From a virus: DNA of 64,000 nt. The position numbers and the translations under genes are program-made. The stretch is taken from positions 1 through 64,000 of IMG/VR virus record IMGVR_UViG_3300027752_001458, one strand, 5' to 3'. The notes below the pieces were generated by a model. The model did not search any database and was not told the DNA's origin. It was given only the letters and a program-made list of their open reading frames with translations. Shown here piece by piece: positions 1 through 9,868 of this stretch. Numbering within the stretch: position 1 is the first letter of the stretch; the number at the start of each line of letters is the position of its first letter.

Positions 1-1634
1 CAACCTATACTACTACCCGATTTACGTTTGATATTTGGGTTGTAGTCTGGATCGTTTTTATATTTCTCATCGTCATAGTCATCATCGCTTTCGCCTGTTT
101 GACGTCCACGTACTTTCATTTCTACAACTTTAACTTCACCGTCCTCTGTAACAATACGTTTAGCATACAGTGTATTTGTTACACCCACACTATCCGGTGC
201 TTGTATATCGTGGTCATCGCTGATGTCTAGTACTTCAATACTGTCATACCATTCTGCCATACGAGGGAATGTTTCTTTAAAATTAAATCCACGTCTTGCA
301 TCATACTGTTCGTAAAATACTTTAAAGTCGTGATGTAGTAAGTGTTGTTCAGCAGTATTCCTATGTGGAGTTTTAACAACATCCAAATATTCTATTAGTC
401 TGCTAATTTGATCTTGCTCCCAAGGTTGCAATAGTTCTGCACCTGTAATATCTGATTTCTCGCCTTTGGCTCTAACTGCATCTAACCAATCGCTAATCTC
501 ATCATGGTACATCTTACGCAAGTGATCTGGTAATGTCAGTGGACTCTGGAAACTAGGAAAACGCAATATGTTTACACTAATGCCTGGAACATGATGTCCG
601 TACTTACGTTTCATTGTTAGTACCCAATCCCAAAACTCAGTAATAGTGTCTAGGCATAATGCATTAATAGTCATCATACAATGTACACCTTCGTACCTTG
701 CCTCACTGGCAAAACGTTCAAACTGTTTTGTCCACACGTCCCACTCTAGTCCGTCCCTGATGTACTCTGCTTGTGGCCCAAAGGCTTCATTACTAGTGTA
801 CACATGGAAGTGTTCAATGTGCTGTGTTGCATCAATAAACCTATCGAGCAATGCTGGCTTAGCCATTAAGTTACTGTTAATTGCCAAACGCATTTTATGT
901 TTGTTTGGATCATCAGACTCTTTGAACCAGTCGAACAACTTATAAATCTCAGGAGTCATTAGTGGCTCACCACCTGTAACTCTAATCTCTTCTAAGTCCT
1001 TACTTAGTTCAGGCCACCATCTCCAAAACGCATCAACATACGGATTAACATCACCACGTGCATACGGTTCGGCATACGGAGCATCATCAATAAAGTGTCC
1101 ACGAGCATCTGACTTAATGCCTTGATAGCCACCGTTAGTTCTGATATCTTTAACCCATGTACTACTAAATGCTGGGTTACAATAACTACATGCAAGTTGA
1201 CATGTTCTATCAAAAGCAATTTCCATTGTTTTCAAATTAACATCTTCTTGCGGATCTAATGTTGCAATAAGATCCAAGTCATCGTCTTCGTAGATAACTG
1301 TCTTATAAACTCTGTCTGACACTGGCTCATTACCATCTGAGTCTTGGCCCATGTCTTCAATCTTCCAACAGTACTCACACTCTTTTGGACGGTCACCTTT
1401 CTGCATCATATCACGCATCTTTTTCTTATGTCGTGTGTTATGAATAGCTGAAGGATTTGTTTTAATTTCTTCTGTATCTATTTGGTGTGCTGGGGGATGA
1501 TGACAACTGGTTGTACCGCCATGGCCCAACCATATCGTTGCATTAAACCACTTTGCTCCACAGAAGGAATCACTTACAGGATCTATCTTCCTGGCTTTGA
1601 ACTCTCTGTGTGTCTCGTCTACTTTTCTAACCAT
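1..1634 (-). CDS. Radical SAM protein with N-terminal Twitch/SPASM-like Cys motifs (3' end runs off the window)
   Basis: Not in the ORF track; read manually. ATG at 1634 overlaps the SDR stop (TAATG). It translates MVRKVDETHREFKARKIDPVSDSFCGAKWFNATIWLGHGGTTSCHHPP...ECEYCWKIE...TCQLACSYCNP (CxxxCxxC)...RVTGGEPLM. Paralog of 3960..5597. Confidence 0.9.
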   Translation of the reverse strand, partial: MVRKVDETHREFKARKIDPVSDSFCGAKWFNATIWLGHGGTTSCHHPPAHQIDTEEIKTNPSAIHNTRHKKKMRDMMQKGDRPKECEYCWKIEDMGQDSDGNEPVSDRVYKTVIYEDDDLDLIATLDPQEDVNLKTMEIAFDRTCQLACSYCNPAFSSTWVKDIRTNGGYQGIKSDARGHFIDDAPYAEPYARGDVNPYVDAFWRWWPELSKDLEEIRVTGGEPLMTPEIYKLFDWFKESDDPNKHKMRLAINSNLMAKPALLDRFIDATQHIEHFHVYTSNEAFGPQAEYIRDGLEWDVWTKQFERFASEARYEGVHCMMTINALCLDTITEFWDWVLTMKRKYGHHVPGISVNILRFPSFQSPLTLPDHLRKMYHDEISDWLDAVRAKGEKSDITGAELLQPWEQDQISRLIEYLDVVKTPHRNTAEQHLLHHDFKVFYEQYDARRGFNFKETFPRMAEWYDSIEVLDISDDHDIQAPDSVGVTNTLYAKRIVTEDGEVKVVEMKVRGRQTGESDDDYDDEKYKNDPDYNPNIKRKSGSSIG

Positions 1635-2230
1635 TACATATTCCCTACGTCGAAACTTATGTTTCTTACTTGTACATGTCTTTTTAGGTCTATTAGCCAT
1701 TCGATCTGTTCAGCAACACTATCAGCTGTCATCATAAAGTCCTCTGCGAAGTCTTTAAACACTGCTGTACTGTCGGTATCGACAAACCCTGGCTTAACTA
1801 AACTCACTCTACACTTCCCCTGTTTATGCATATTGGATAACTGTAAACTCGCCCAATCTAATCTAGCCTTGTCGCTTACATATGGCGTCCAGTCTGCATT
1901 GTAACCCATCTGACTAAAGTTTGTAATACTGTCGCTACTAGTAGCACCCATATTAATTATTAGTCTAGGTTTCTCTTGCCATTGCTCATACATCAAATAC
2001 ATTAACCGTACTTGGTTGTCCGGAACGTATGCATTATTTACAAACACATCAGCGTTCCATTCAACAGCTTCCTTTACAACTTTCTTGCATGTACTTACTT
2101 TCTGTAAGTTGTAACCATTGGACTTACTAAAGCCTTTAAGCTCAAAACCTCTGTCCTCTAACCGATTCCAAAGTTCCTTTCCGATGCCTCTAGTATGTCC
2201 AGTTATAGCAATTTTTTTAATGTGTGGCAT
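1634..2230 (-). CDS. Short-chain dehydrogenase/reductase (SDR)
   Basis: TGHTRGIG Rossmann motif, DVFVNNA, catalytic YxxxK (YVSDK), KPGFVDT. Confidence 0.85.
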   Translation of the reverse strand: MPHIKKIAITGHTRGIGKELWNRLEDRGFELKGFSKSNGYNLQKVSTCKKVVKEAVEWNADVFVNNAYVPDNQVRLMYLMYEQWQEKPRLIINMGATSSDSITNFSQMGYNADWTPYVSDKARLDWASLQLSNMHKQGKCRVSLVKPGFVDTDSTAVFKDFAEDFMMTADSVAEQIEWLIDLKRHVQVRNISFDVGNM

Positions 2231-2255
2231 GTGTATATTTACTCTATTATGTTAT

Positions 2256-3356
2256 TTATTCAAACAAATCTACGTTTTCCCAAGGCATGCTTTCTTTGCC
2301 AAAGTGTCCGTAGTTTGTAGTTTCACTAAGGTCTAACTCGAACAGTTTAAACTTATCGATAATACCTTTAGGAGTTAGGTCAACTAACGCCCTGATCTCT
2401 GCTGTAATATCATTTCGTACATCACCGTCTGCATATACATACACACTAGTAGGCTCTTTAACACCGATAGCATAACTTAGTTGCACAGTACAGTTGTCTG
2501 CTTTACCACTTGCTACAATATTCTTTGCCAAGTAACGTGCCATATAAGCCGCACTTCTATCTACCTTAGTGCAGTCTTTACCACTAAATGCTCCGCCACC
2601 ATGCGGGGCATAGCCACCGTATGTGTCTACGATAATCTTACGTCCTGTAAGTCCTGTATCTCCGTCAGGCCCGCCGATAACAAATTTGCCTGTTGGGTTA
2701 ATTAAATATTCCGTCTGGTCATCAATGGGAGCATTCAAACTGCTTAGTGCTATTTTAACTAACTCCTTAAGAGTTTGTCTTGTAACGTCTAATGAAAATT
2801 CCTCTGTGTGCTGACTACTGCACACAACTCTGCTTATCCTAACAGGTGTGTTGATGTCACTGTATTCCATTGTAACCTGTGCTTTACTATCTGGCCCAAT
2901 CCAATTGGCACCAGTACGTCTCTGTGATTCGATATACTTTAATATTGCATGACTGTAATAGATAGCACTTGGCATATGGACAGGTGTCTCGTTACATGCG
3001 TAACCAAACATGATACCTTGGTCACCTGCACCAAAGTCGTCTGTGCCCATCGCGATGTCAGGCGATTGTCCGTGTAACTCATTATACACTTTTAACGTAT
3101 TCCAATGGAAGCCGTCTTGCTCGTAACCAATATCTTTTACAGTATCTCTGACAATCTTCTCAATTACATCTTTGTCAAAGTTATCCGATTTATATTCGCC
3201 CGCCAACGTTACCATGTTGGTAGTTACAAGTGTTTCAATTGCCGCTCTGTGAGTGACGTTTTTGTCTAGTAAGTAAGTAGCAACCTTGTCTGAAATTAAG
3301 TCTGCTATCTTGTCTGGATGTCCAGTACTAACACTTTCGCTCGTAAATTCGTACAT
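2256..3356 (-). CDS. metK: S-adenosylmethionine synthetase
   Basis: ESVSTGHPDK, GAGDQG, GDTGLTGRKIIVDTYGG and GGGAFSGKD signatures; GGAG RBS upstream. Confidence 0.97.
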   Translation of the reverse strand: MYEFTSESVSTGHPDKIADLISDKVATYLLDKNVTHRAAIETLVTTNMVTLAGEYKSDNFDKDVIEKIVRDTVKDIGYEQDGFHWNTLKVYNELHGQSPDIAMGTDDFGAGDQGIMFGYACNETPVHMPSAIYYSHAILKYIESQRRTGANWIGPDSKAQVTMEYSDINTPVRISRVVCSSQHTEEFSLDVTRQTLKELVKIALSSLNAPIDDQTEYLINPTGKFVIGGPDGDTGLTGRKIIVDTYGGYAPHGGGAFSGKDCTKVDRSAAYMARYLAKNIVASGKADNCTVQLSYAIGVKEPTSVYVYADGDVRNDITAEIRALVDLTPKGIIDKFKLFELDLSETTNYGHFGKESMPWENVDLFE

Positions 3357-3392
3357 TTATTTCTCCGTTATAGTTTATATAGAATAGTTATA

Positions 3393-3716
3393 CTATTCGA
3401 CGAACAAGCCTTTAAGTTCTTTGCCTTTAGCCATGTCGCCATTGAACGTCATTTTGCCGCCCATTACCAATGATATAGGATTGCCACCTGCTAAGAACAT
3501 TTCTAACAATGTGTCCTCATTAACAAACCCAACAGTGATATCTGATTTGTCTAACTGCTTGTGTGCAATACTACATTCTTTGTCGTGAATACTAACAGAA
3601 AATTTACCGTTAGTCTCACTAATAACATTAATATTAATGTCAATATCAATACCATCTGCTTTTTGTACTTGGAAGTTTTCTTCCAATTGTGTTTTAATTT
3701 TATCGTAGTCTAACAT
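3393..3716 (-). CDS. SCP2 sterol/lipid-binding domain protein
   Basis: Likely start is MLDYDK at 3716 (TAATG coupling). The sequence SDITVGF..EDTLLEMFLAGGNPISLVMGGKMTFNGDM matches the SCP2 C-terminal pattern. Confidence 0.75.
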   Translation of the reverse strand: MLDYDKIKTQLEENFQVQKADGIDIDININVISETNGKFSVSIHDKECSIAHKQLDKSDITVGFVNEDTLLEMFLAGGNPISLVMGGKMTFNGDMAKGKELKGLFVE

Positions 3717-3967
3717 TATGTGTTCTCCTCTGGGTACCCAATGTACCACTTCTGTATTGTGTTGACTCTTACATCTCTCCATGCCTTTCTATCTAATGCA
3801 TACATTACAATTGTAGAACAGTCAGGTGATTGATTCGTTATGCTCGTACTTAAATTTGCGACTTCACTATTTAGAGTGCAAGCCATTGACCTAATCTCCT
3901 TAGTGTCTATCTTTTCGAACACAACTGTTACTACGCCTTCCTTTAATGCTTTTATTAACTTATCCAT
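3716..3967 (-). CDS. Small WYL-like/DUF2693-type SH3-fold phage protein
   Basis: LKEGVVTVVFEK...IRSMACTL...WRDVR pattern typical of this T4-like family. Confidence 0.6.
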   Translation of the reverse strand: MDKLIKALKEGVVTVVFEKIDTKEIRSMACTLNSEVANLSTSITNQSPDCSTIVMYALDRKAWRDVRVNTIQKWYIGYPEENT

Positions 3968-5597
3968 TCAATGCCTCTGCTTCCTCACACATAAACCAGA
4001 AGTCGTGCATCTCTGGAAACGTTGCTAAGTAATTTGTATTTCTTCGTCTGTCATGTTCTGTAAAAAACTTATAAAAGTCTGCACGGTCTCTTATTAGTTT
4101 ATCATGTGGTAGCTCTGCTTTCATAAACTCTAAGTTTCGCTTTACCTTTGCTATCTCAAAATCCTTAAAGCCTTTGTAATCTACATACTCTTCGTTGGCT
4201 TTATTTTGTTCCATAAACTGTATTGCTTCTTGCATATACTCTTGATACTGCCCTGGCAATACTTGTATGCTTTGCCAAGCAGGAGCTCTGAGCAATGGAA
4301 CATCGAACCATATACGTTGTTCAGGAACTTCCCAGCCCATCGAGTACTGAACCTCTTTGCTCCACTTTTCTCTAAGGTCTAGTATGCCTTGTAAGAATTC
4401 TTTAAAACTTGTTACACTTAAACAGTTAAATGTATTAATGAAATTGATACTTGTGAATCGTGTTTCGTCTAAAAACCTGTGACAGTTATTCCAAACAGTA
4501 TCGAAGTCCATGCCACTACGCATATACTCCGCTTGTTCACCCCAGCCGTCTAGACTACAGAACACACTAAAGTTATGGTATGCCTTGTCGTTGTATTCGT
4601 ATATGTATGTGAAACTATTGTTATCTTGTTCCTCACACTGTCCAACTTGCAGGAATGTCTGCGGTATTGCTTCACGCTCAATTACAGGTAGCTCACTGCT
4701 GTGGTAACGCTTTGCGTCCTCACCTATAATAGAATGTTGCCATGTTTGCCAGTCAGTGCCGTCGAGCGGATCTGTTACATATACTTCAGCACCATGCTGT
4801 ACATTGTCCATCTTCTTAACTGCATTCAAAAACTTTACAAACAATGCATCGTTGACAGGACACATGTTTGATGTTATACTTAACTCTAAATCTTTATTAG
4901 GATTGTCTAGTACATAGTCTAGTACCTTAAAAGTATTCTTATCCATTAACGGCTCACCGCCTGTCATTCTAAATACTCGTAGTGTCTTATACATCTCAGG
5001 CCACCACTTCCAAAACGCTGTAACATAAGGATTGTTATCTTGGCTAAGTTTAAGTGGCATAAGCCCTTTACGATCTAAACTCTCTACATTGTTGTGCGGT
5101 GCTGTAGTTGGGTACTCGCCGAACTCGTCAATCTCTTCTTGCCATGCTGTACTTAAATGCGGTGAACAATAACTACACTTAAAGTTACATGCTTGATTAA
5201 AGTTTACTTCTACATAACGTGGATTAATATTGCCACTAGCACCAGCATCCATAATATCTTCTTTACTGTCCTGTGCCCAGTACTCGCCACTGCGATATAC
5301 CCGGTCACTTCTTGCGCCAGTGTCTTCTATGTTCCAGCAATAACTACAACCGTCCGGCTTCTCGCCTTTAAGCATTTGTCTGCGTTGGTCTTTCTTCTCT
5401 TCTGTATTATGTAATGCTGAAACATTCTTTGCTAGTTCTTCTAATGGAATTTTATGTGTAGGTGGGTGATAGCAACTATGTGTTGTGCCATTAGTTAAGT
5501 GCATAGACACTTGGCTCCACTTTGCATAACACATGGTAGGACTAATAGCGTCTAGTTGTTTTTCTGCCTTATCTGCGGCTTGGTCGTATATACTCAT
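3960..5597 (-). CDS. Radical SAM protein with N-terminal Twitch/SPASM-like motifs
   Basis: CNFKCSYC (CxxxCxxC), MTGGEPL, N-terminal CYAKW..SCYHP..CSYCW. Start is probably ATG 5597, coupled to the upstream stop. Confidence 0.9.
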   Translation of the reverse strand: MSIYDQAADKAEKQLDAISPTMCYAKWSQVSMHLTNGTTHSCYHPPTHKIPLEELAKNVSALHNTEEKKDQRRQMLKGEKPDGCSYCWNIEDTGARSDRVYRSGEYWAQDSKEDIMDAGASGNINPRYVEVNFNQACNFKCSYCSPHLSTAWQEEIDEFGEYPTTAPHNNVESLDRKGLMPLKLSQDNNPYVTAFWKWWPEMYKTLRVFRMTGGEPLMDKNTFKVLDYVLDNPNKDLELSITSNMCPVNDALFVKFLNAVKKMDNVQHGAEVYVTDPLDGTDWQTWQHSIIGEDAKRYHSSELPVIEREAIPQTFLQVGQCEEQDNNSFTYIYEYNDKAYHNFSVFCSLDGWGEQAEYMRSGMDFDTVWNNCHRFLDETRFTSINFINTFNCLSVTSFKEFLQGILDLREKWSKEVQYSMGWEVPEQRIWFDVPLLRAPAWQSIQVLPGQYQEYMQEAIQFMEQNKANEEYVDYKGFKDFEIAKVKRNLEFMKAELPHDKLIRDRADFYKFFTEHDRRRNTNYLATFPEMHDFWFMCEEAEALNG

Positions 5598-5755
5598 TAC
5601 CAATTATGTATGTTCCCTGCAATAATAACAAAGCATGTGATGAAATTTACTAATACAATTACTGTTCTGATTAATGCTATCTTGTCTGCTTCAGCGTCAG
5701 TTGTTCCTTCCTTTTCGCCAATGGCTTTAGCCCAAAGGCGCCAAAGTTGTCTCAT
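5597..5755 (-). CDS. Small membrane protein (52 aa)
   Basis: Below the track cutoff: MRQLWRLWAKAIGEKEGTTDAEADKIALIRTVIVLVNFITCFVIIAGNIHNW*. It overlaps both neighbours (ATGA/TAATG) and has one hydrophobic helix. Confidence 0.8.
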   Translation of the reverse strand: MRQLWRLWAKAIGEKEGTTDAEADKIALIRTVIVLVNFITCFVIIAGNIHNW

Positions 5756-6756
5756 TGTATTAAACCTTTTTCCAGTAAGTCCTGGATCTGTTTCTCTCTA
5801 ATCATTGCACCCCAACGTCTAGGATTCACATAAGTTTGTTTGAAGAACTTACACATCTCCTTACTGGGGTCAAACAACATCATAGAGTTTATGTCTGCGT
5901 TTAACTCTCTGCCTATGCTACAAACTCTTTTGTGTAGCATAGCACTATCCCATTGTAATTTACTATAACGACAAGTCATATCATTTAATCCGTCGAACTC
6001 AGGTGCAACTTCGTTATTAAAGAAATCTTTAAACCACTCGTAGTCTGATATTTTGTTAGTGTCCCAATCACTAAGCACTGTCATTTTACAACCAAGTCTT
6101 GCTCCGTAGATAGCCCATATACCATTCTCTACATCACTGCCTATGTTGCACCATGTTTGTAATCTGTTGTAGTTACCATACCAAATCTTCTCTTTAAACT
6201 CGTCTGGTGCTACACGTTTACCTTGGTCAGTACTCATTTTAACACCTTCCCTAAACCCTGCTCTGAAGGCTTGGAAAGGACTTGCTGTTTGGTGTACTTC
6301 ACTAAATGTGTCGTTAAGTTGAATGTAATCTAACTTCCAGCAAAACTCCATACCCTCACCGTCTGTTGCGGCTTCATGTGTGTTAATGCTTTTAGTATAC
6401 TCTGTGGGCCAACATTTAAGTCCACCGTTACCGTACACTAATCCGTTAAGAATGTTTTTAGCATTCCAACTAAAGATACATTTGCTGATGTCATTGCCAT
6501 CATGGTCGGTTTCTGGTACGTCAAGTTCTTGTTCGAAGAAGTCATCCATTACAATGTTGTCACCGTCTACGGTAATGAATCTATCTGTATCTGATTGCTC
6601 GGCACAAGCCTTATGTGCGGCATCGAAGCCTTTAACTCCGTGTACTCGCTTTGCCCAAGGCACCTTGTTTAGTAAGTCTGCCCAATGTTCTTCGCAGTTG
6701 GGTTCGTCATAACTGATATAGAATATATCTAGTTCGGTAACATCAATTTTTGCCAT
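5752..6756 (-). CDS. Glycosyltransferase-like protein (GT-A fold)
   Basis: DIFYISYDE start, AHKACA, FITVDGDN (DxD motif). Confidence 0.6.
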   Translation of the reverse strand: MAKIDVTELDIFYISYDEPNCEEHWADLLNKVPWAKRVHGVKGFDAAHKACAEQSDTDRFITVDGDNIVMDDFFEQELDVPETDHDGNDISKCIFSWNAKNILNGLVYGNGGLKCWPTEYTKSINTHEAATDGEGMEFCWKLDYIQLNDTFSEVHQTASPFQAFRAGFREGVKMSTDQGKRVAPDEFKEKIWYGNYNRLQTWCNIGSDVENGIWAIYGARLGCKMTVLSDWDTNKISDYEWFKDFFNNEVAPEFDGLNDMTCRYSKLQWDSAMLHKRVCSIGRELNADINSMMLFDPSKEMCKFFKQTYVNPRRWGAMIREKQIQDLLEKGLIQ

Positions 6757-6784
6757 GTGCGTGTCCTGTGTTTCGCTATAGCAA

Positions 6785-6792
6785 TATTTATC
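6785..6792 (-). promoter_or_regulatory. Late promoter GATAAATA
   Basis: T4-type late -10 box variant in the intergenic gap upstream of 5752..6756. Confidence 0.65.
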
Positions 6793-7398
6793 TTATTTAA
6801 TACTGTAGTTCTCGAAAATCTTGTGAGTGTACACACTATACGCTTCTGGCAACGTATCTTTGTGTTTTATCTTTACTACATTACTATCTTTAAACATTTC
6901 AGGGCTTACTACTATACGTTCTAATAAGATATGCGGATCTTTGAGAGGTGTAACATAAAAACTCATCGGTTGTTTCAATACTAACTTTGCATTTTTACTA
7001 ATCTTCCAATCGTTCTTTGTTGTAGAGAATAAAATATCATACGCTTTTGAAGTTGATGTTATCTCAGATAAGAAGTCCCTAGATGCTTTTGTTTTAGCAA
7101 CTTCTAAACTTCGTACTTTAATATGGCACACCTCATGCTCGTCTTCGTGTATAATAAACTGTGCAATACTTTTACCTTGTTGGTCAGTTATAGCAACATC
7201 CCGAGTGTTAAACTTATACGATTTGCAATCGACATACGTTGACATATCAGGTTCTGTTAACCCTTTGTATAGTATGTTACCGTCCGGCTGATACACCATG
7301 TATGTGTGTTCTTGGTTTGCTACTATTACATCTTTGTAATCGCCCTTAATTTCTTTCTTTGCCAATGCTAGTCTTTCGCCTGGTGTTAATTCACTCAT
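6793..7398 (-). CDS. Hypothetical protein
   Basis: 201-aa ORF coupled to the upstream gene; GAGG RBS. Confidence 0.7.
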   Translation of the reverse strand: MSELTPGERLALAKKEIKGDYKDVIVANQEHTYMVYQPDGNILYKGLTEPDMSTYVDCKSYKFNTRDVAITDQQGKSIAQFIIHEDEHEVCHIKVRSLEVAKTKASRDFLSEITSTSKAYDILFSTTKNDWKISKNAKLVLKQPMSFYVTPLKDPHILLERIVVSPEMFKDSNVVKIKHKDTLPEAYSVYTHKIFENYSIK

Positions 7399-8258
7399 TT
7401 GTTTACCTCAATTTCCATCTGTTGTATTTTATCCTTAGTCATCCATGTCTTATCTACATAGTGGAAAGGTTGTGTTATCTGAAAGTTACCTACTTTAAAA
7501 TTGTTATATGATTTATAATATGTGGGAATACTGTCAGTCCAGTTATCTTCCATTTCGCTAGTGGGCACGTTTTGTACAAAACTTTTCATGTGTACAAACG
7601 TAGGTAAGTCTGTTATATGATCCATAGTACATTCATCTTCTATGCCTAGTAACTGTATAGCCAAACTAAATGCCACGTCAGCACTTAACCATTCTGGCTT
7701 ACCCTTTGGCATGTATTTGTAATACATACGTTCCCAATTCTCAAAAATAATCTGTATCATTTTGAACAACTCACTTGCTAGGTCGCTCTTCTTAAAGTAA
7801 AAGAATGCGGTGTACACATTAGGCATATTGTTTCTTTTCATGTCTAGTCTGTAGTGCAAATCGTTTACTAATTCGTCTCGGTATGTTTTTACATTAGTAC
7901 ATGCCCACACATCTCTCTGAGATAAATGTTCCCACCAATGGCTTACATCATATGGGAATATCATATCGGTATCTAGTATAACTGTCTCATCATAAGGCGA
8001 CATGTAATAATATTTCCACTTGTTATTAATTTTCCACTGTGCATCAGCGGCATGGTCTTCCCACGGTATATCAACAATATGGTCAAATATTCTTTTGTGT
8101 TTTGGTTGTATTAATGCTTTAGTCTTGGTGTCAACACACACCGTCAGATTGCTTACGTTGCCCTGTGTTAGTTTTAAATTCAGTGCGAGTGCATACGCTT
8201 GTTCTAAATAATCAACAGTGTCGTTATTCTGTGCAATTACAATATACCCTTTGCTCAT
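7395..8258 (-). CDS. Glycosyltransferase (GT8-like/nucleotide-diphospho-sugar transferase)
   Basis: Likely start is MSKGY at 8258. YYMSPYDETVILDTDMIF contains the DxD motif. Paralog of 9861..10745. Confidence 0.7.
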   Translation of the reverse strand: MSKGYIVIAQNNDTVDYLEQAYALALNLKLTQGNVSNLTVCVDTKTKALIQPKHKRIFDHIVDIPWEDHAADAQWKINNKWKYYYMSPYDETVILDTDMIFPYDVSHWWEHLSQRDVWACTNVKTYRDELVNDLHYRLDMKRNNMPNVYTAFFYFKKSDLASELFKMIQIIFENWERMYYKYMPKGKPEWLSADVAFSLAIQLLGIEDECTMDHITDLPTFVHMKSFVQNVPTSEMEDNWTDSIPTYYKSYNNFKVGNFQITQPFHYVDKTWMTKDKIQQMEIEVNK

Positions 8259-8425
8259 TTTATTAATTTCCAATCTTCTTTGTATAAGCAAAAACGAGAC
8301 TGGTCTTTGTCTGTTCTATATGTAAACTGCATTGACAATAATTGCTCAACTACACCCTCGTTTGTTCTATTGAACCCAGGTTCGTTATGTATAATTCTGT
8401 CGCCTACTTCTGGTGCTTTAGCCAA
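8255..8425 (-). CDS. Small hypothetical protein (56 aa, TTG start)
   Basis: Not in the track: MAKAPEVGDRIIHNEPGFNRTNEGVVEQLLSMQFTYRTDKDQSRFCLYKEDWKLIK*. It has a GGAGA RBS and fills the gap with overlaps on both sides. Confidence 0.7.
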   Translation of the reverse strand: MAKAPEVGDRIIHNEPGFNRTNEGVVEQLLSMQFTYRTDKDQSRFCLYKEDWKLIK

Positions 8426-9674
8426 GTTGTTTCTCCATAACTTTATCCATTAGCGGATGTATACCTTCGTTAAAATTAAACGTATGGTACTTTAAATAAT
8501 TTCTATAATGTTCAAAAAACTTTTGTTGATTACGTTCTAACTTTTCTTGCACTGCTGTACTTGTAAAAAGTTCGTGCAATACACTTGTAGGTGTGTGTAT
8601 TATCTTTAATAGTTCTTCTTTTACTTTATCCATTCGTTGTGTAGTATCTATCATTTCATCGTATGACTCATCAAAGAACTCTGGAAAACTTTCAAATCCT
8701 AAACGTTTCCATGTTTTTAAACTTCCGGGTAATCCACATATCAGCATTGGTAATTTAAAAAATGCAGACTTTAAACTTTTCTCTGTGATGTATGCATACG
8801 TTATATCGTCTGAGTGTAATCTAGAAACATAAGGTGCGTGGTCATAATTAAATATTTCTGTGTGGTCAAAAAATGTTTCGGTACTAACGTATGTGTATGC
8901 AGAGTTCATTAATTTATAATCCGGTCTGTCTTGCACAATGTTTAAGTCTGGATCACGCACAGAGAAAGGATCCTTTCCTACGTAGGTGTACTTGCATTTA
9001 TCTTCATGTTGCTTACATAAATTAGTAATTGTATTTCTGTGCTCTTTTACAATGTTATTCAGCGATAGTATGTGATATGGTTTTGCATTTGTTGTTTGTT
9101 CGTAAACAGTGTCGTGGGCTAAGTTACTGTAAACCATTCTAGAAAAGTATATAGAATAATAGTTTATGGTTGCGTTTGGTAATGCTTGCCTGTATGCATC
9201 TACTACATCATAATTTACCAAGTCCATAATAATGTTTTCTTGTTTTACTTTTCTTGTTGCGTGTTTAAACCAGTCAATTCGTTCTTGTTCGCCTACTCCG
9301 TATAGATCATATCCGTTTGAAAATCGCCACTTTAATTTGTCAAATCCTTTTACGTCTGCGAATTGGTCAATCATTGTTTCCAGTTCTGTACAGTCTATAT
9401 CATACCAAGGGTACACTCTGAAACCTAGATCTACTATGTACGTTATATTATTTCTTCTGGCGTTTGCTTCCATTAGTTGCTTTAATACAAATGACTTAAC
9501 TTGTCGCAACTTTGCCTCAATGCCGTATTCTTTTAACTTGGTAATATTATAATGGTCTAAATTATGTGTACAAAATTTATTATCAAACTCGCCAATGTAA
9601 AACATACTACGGTCTTCCATCTGCGATTGATGTGTATAATAATGTACAAGTTTTTCAATCACTACAACTTCCAT
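8418..9674 (-). CDS. Putative glycosyltransferase-like protein (GT10-like C-terminal motif)
   Basis: YITEKSLK..P..I.G..G..LGFESFPEFFDESYD motif. Confidence 0.5.
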   Translation of the reverse strand: MEVVVIEKLVHYYTHQSQMEDRSMFYIGEFDNKFCTHNLDHYNITKLKEYGIEAKLRQVKSFVLKQLMEANARRNNITYIVDLGFRVYPWYDIDCTELETMIDQFADVKGFDKLKWRFSNGYDLYGVGEQERIDWFKHATRKVKQENIIMDLVNYDVVDAYRQALPNATINYYSIYFSRMVYSNLAHDTVYEQTTNAKPYHILSLNNIVKEHRNTITNLCKQHEDKCKYTYVGKDPFSVRDPDLNIVQDRPDYKLMNSAYTYVSTETFFDHTEIFNYDHAPYVSRLHSDDITYAYITEKSLKSAFFKLPMLICGLPGSLKTWKRLGFESFPEFFDESYDEMIDTTQRMDKVKEELLKIIHTPTSVLHELFTSTAVQEKLERNQQKFFEHYRNYLKYHTFNFNEGIHPLMDKVMEKQLG

Positions 9675-9868
9675 TCAATTTTGTCATCACATGCCATCTG
9701 CGATGCCTGGATATAATCTCTGTCTTCTTCTGACAGGACACTCCAAAACTTGCTGATGTTTAATGTGTGTTCGTATACTTTATCACTGTGCTTCAAGTGA
9801 TAGTTACTTTCCATCCATTCTTGTAGCTGGTCCATTCTACTGTTTATCTTATCTCTTAAATCAGACAT
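9662..9868 (-). CDS. Hypothetical protein
   Basis: 68-aa ORF overlapping both neighbours in the operon. Confidence 0.65.
   Translation of the reverse strand: MSDLRDKINSRMDQLQEWMESNYHLKHSDKVYEHTLNISKFWSVLSEEDRDYIQASQMACDDKIEWKL

Noticed and set aside
646-1904. Track ORFs 646..945, 1004..1219 and 1482..1904
   Set aside because: They overlap the real radical SAM CDS (1..1634, minus strand), which the track missed because its stop lies outside the window
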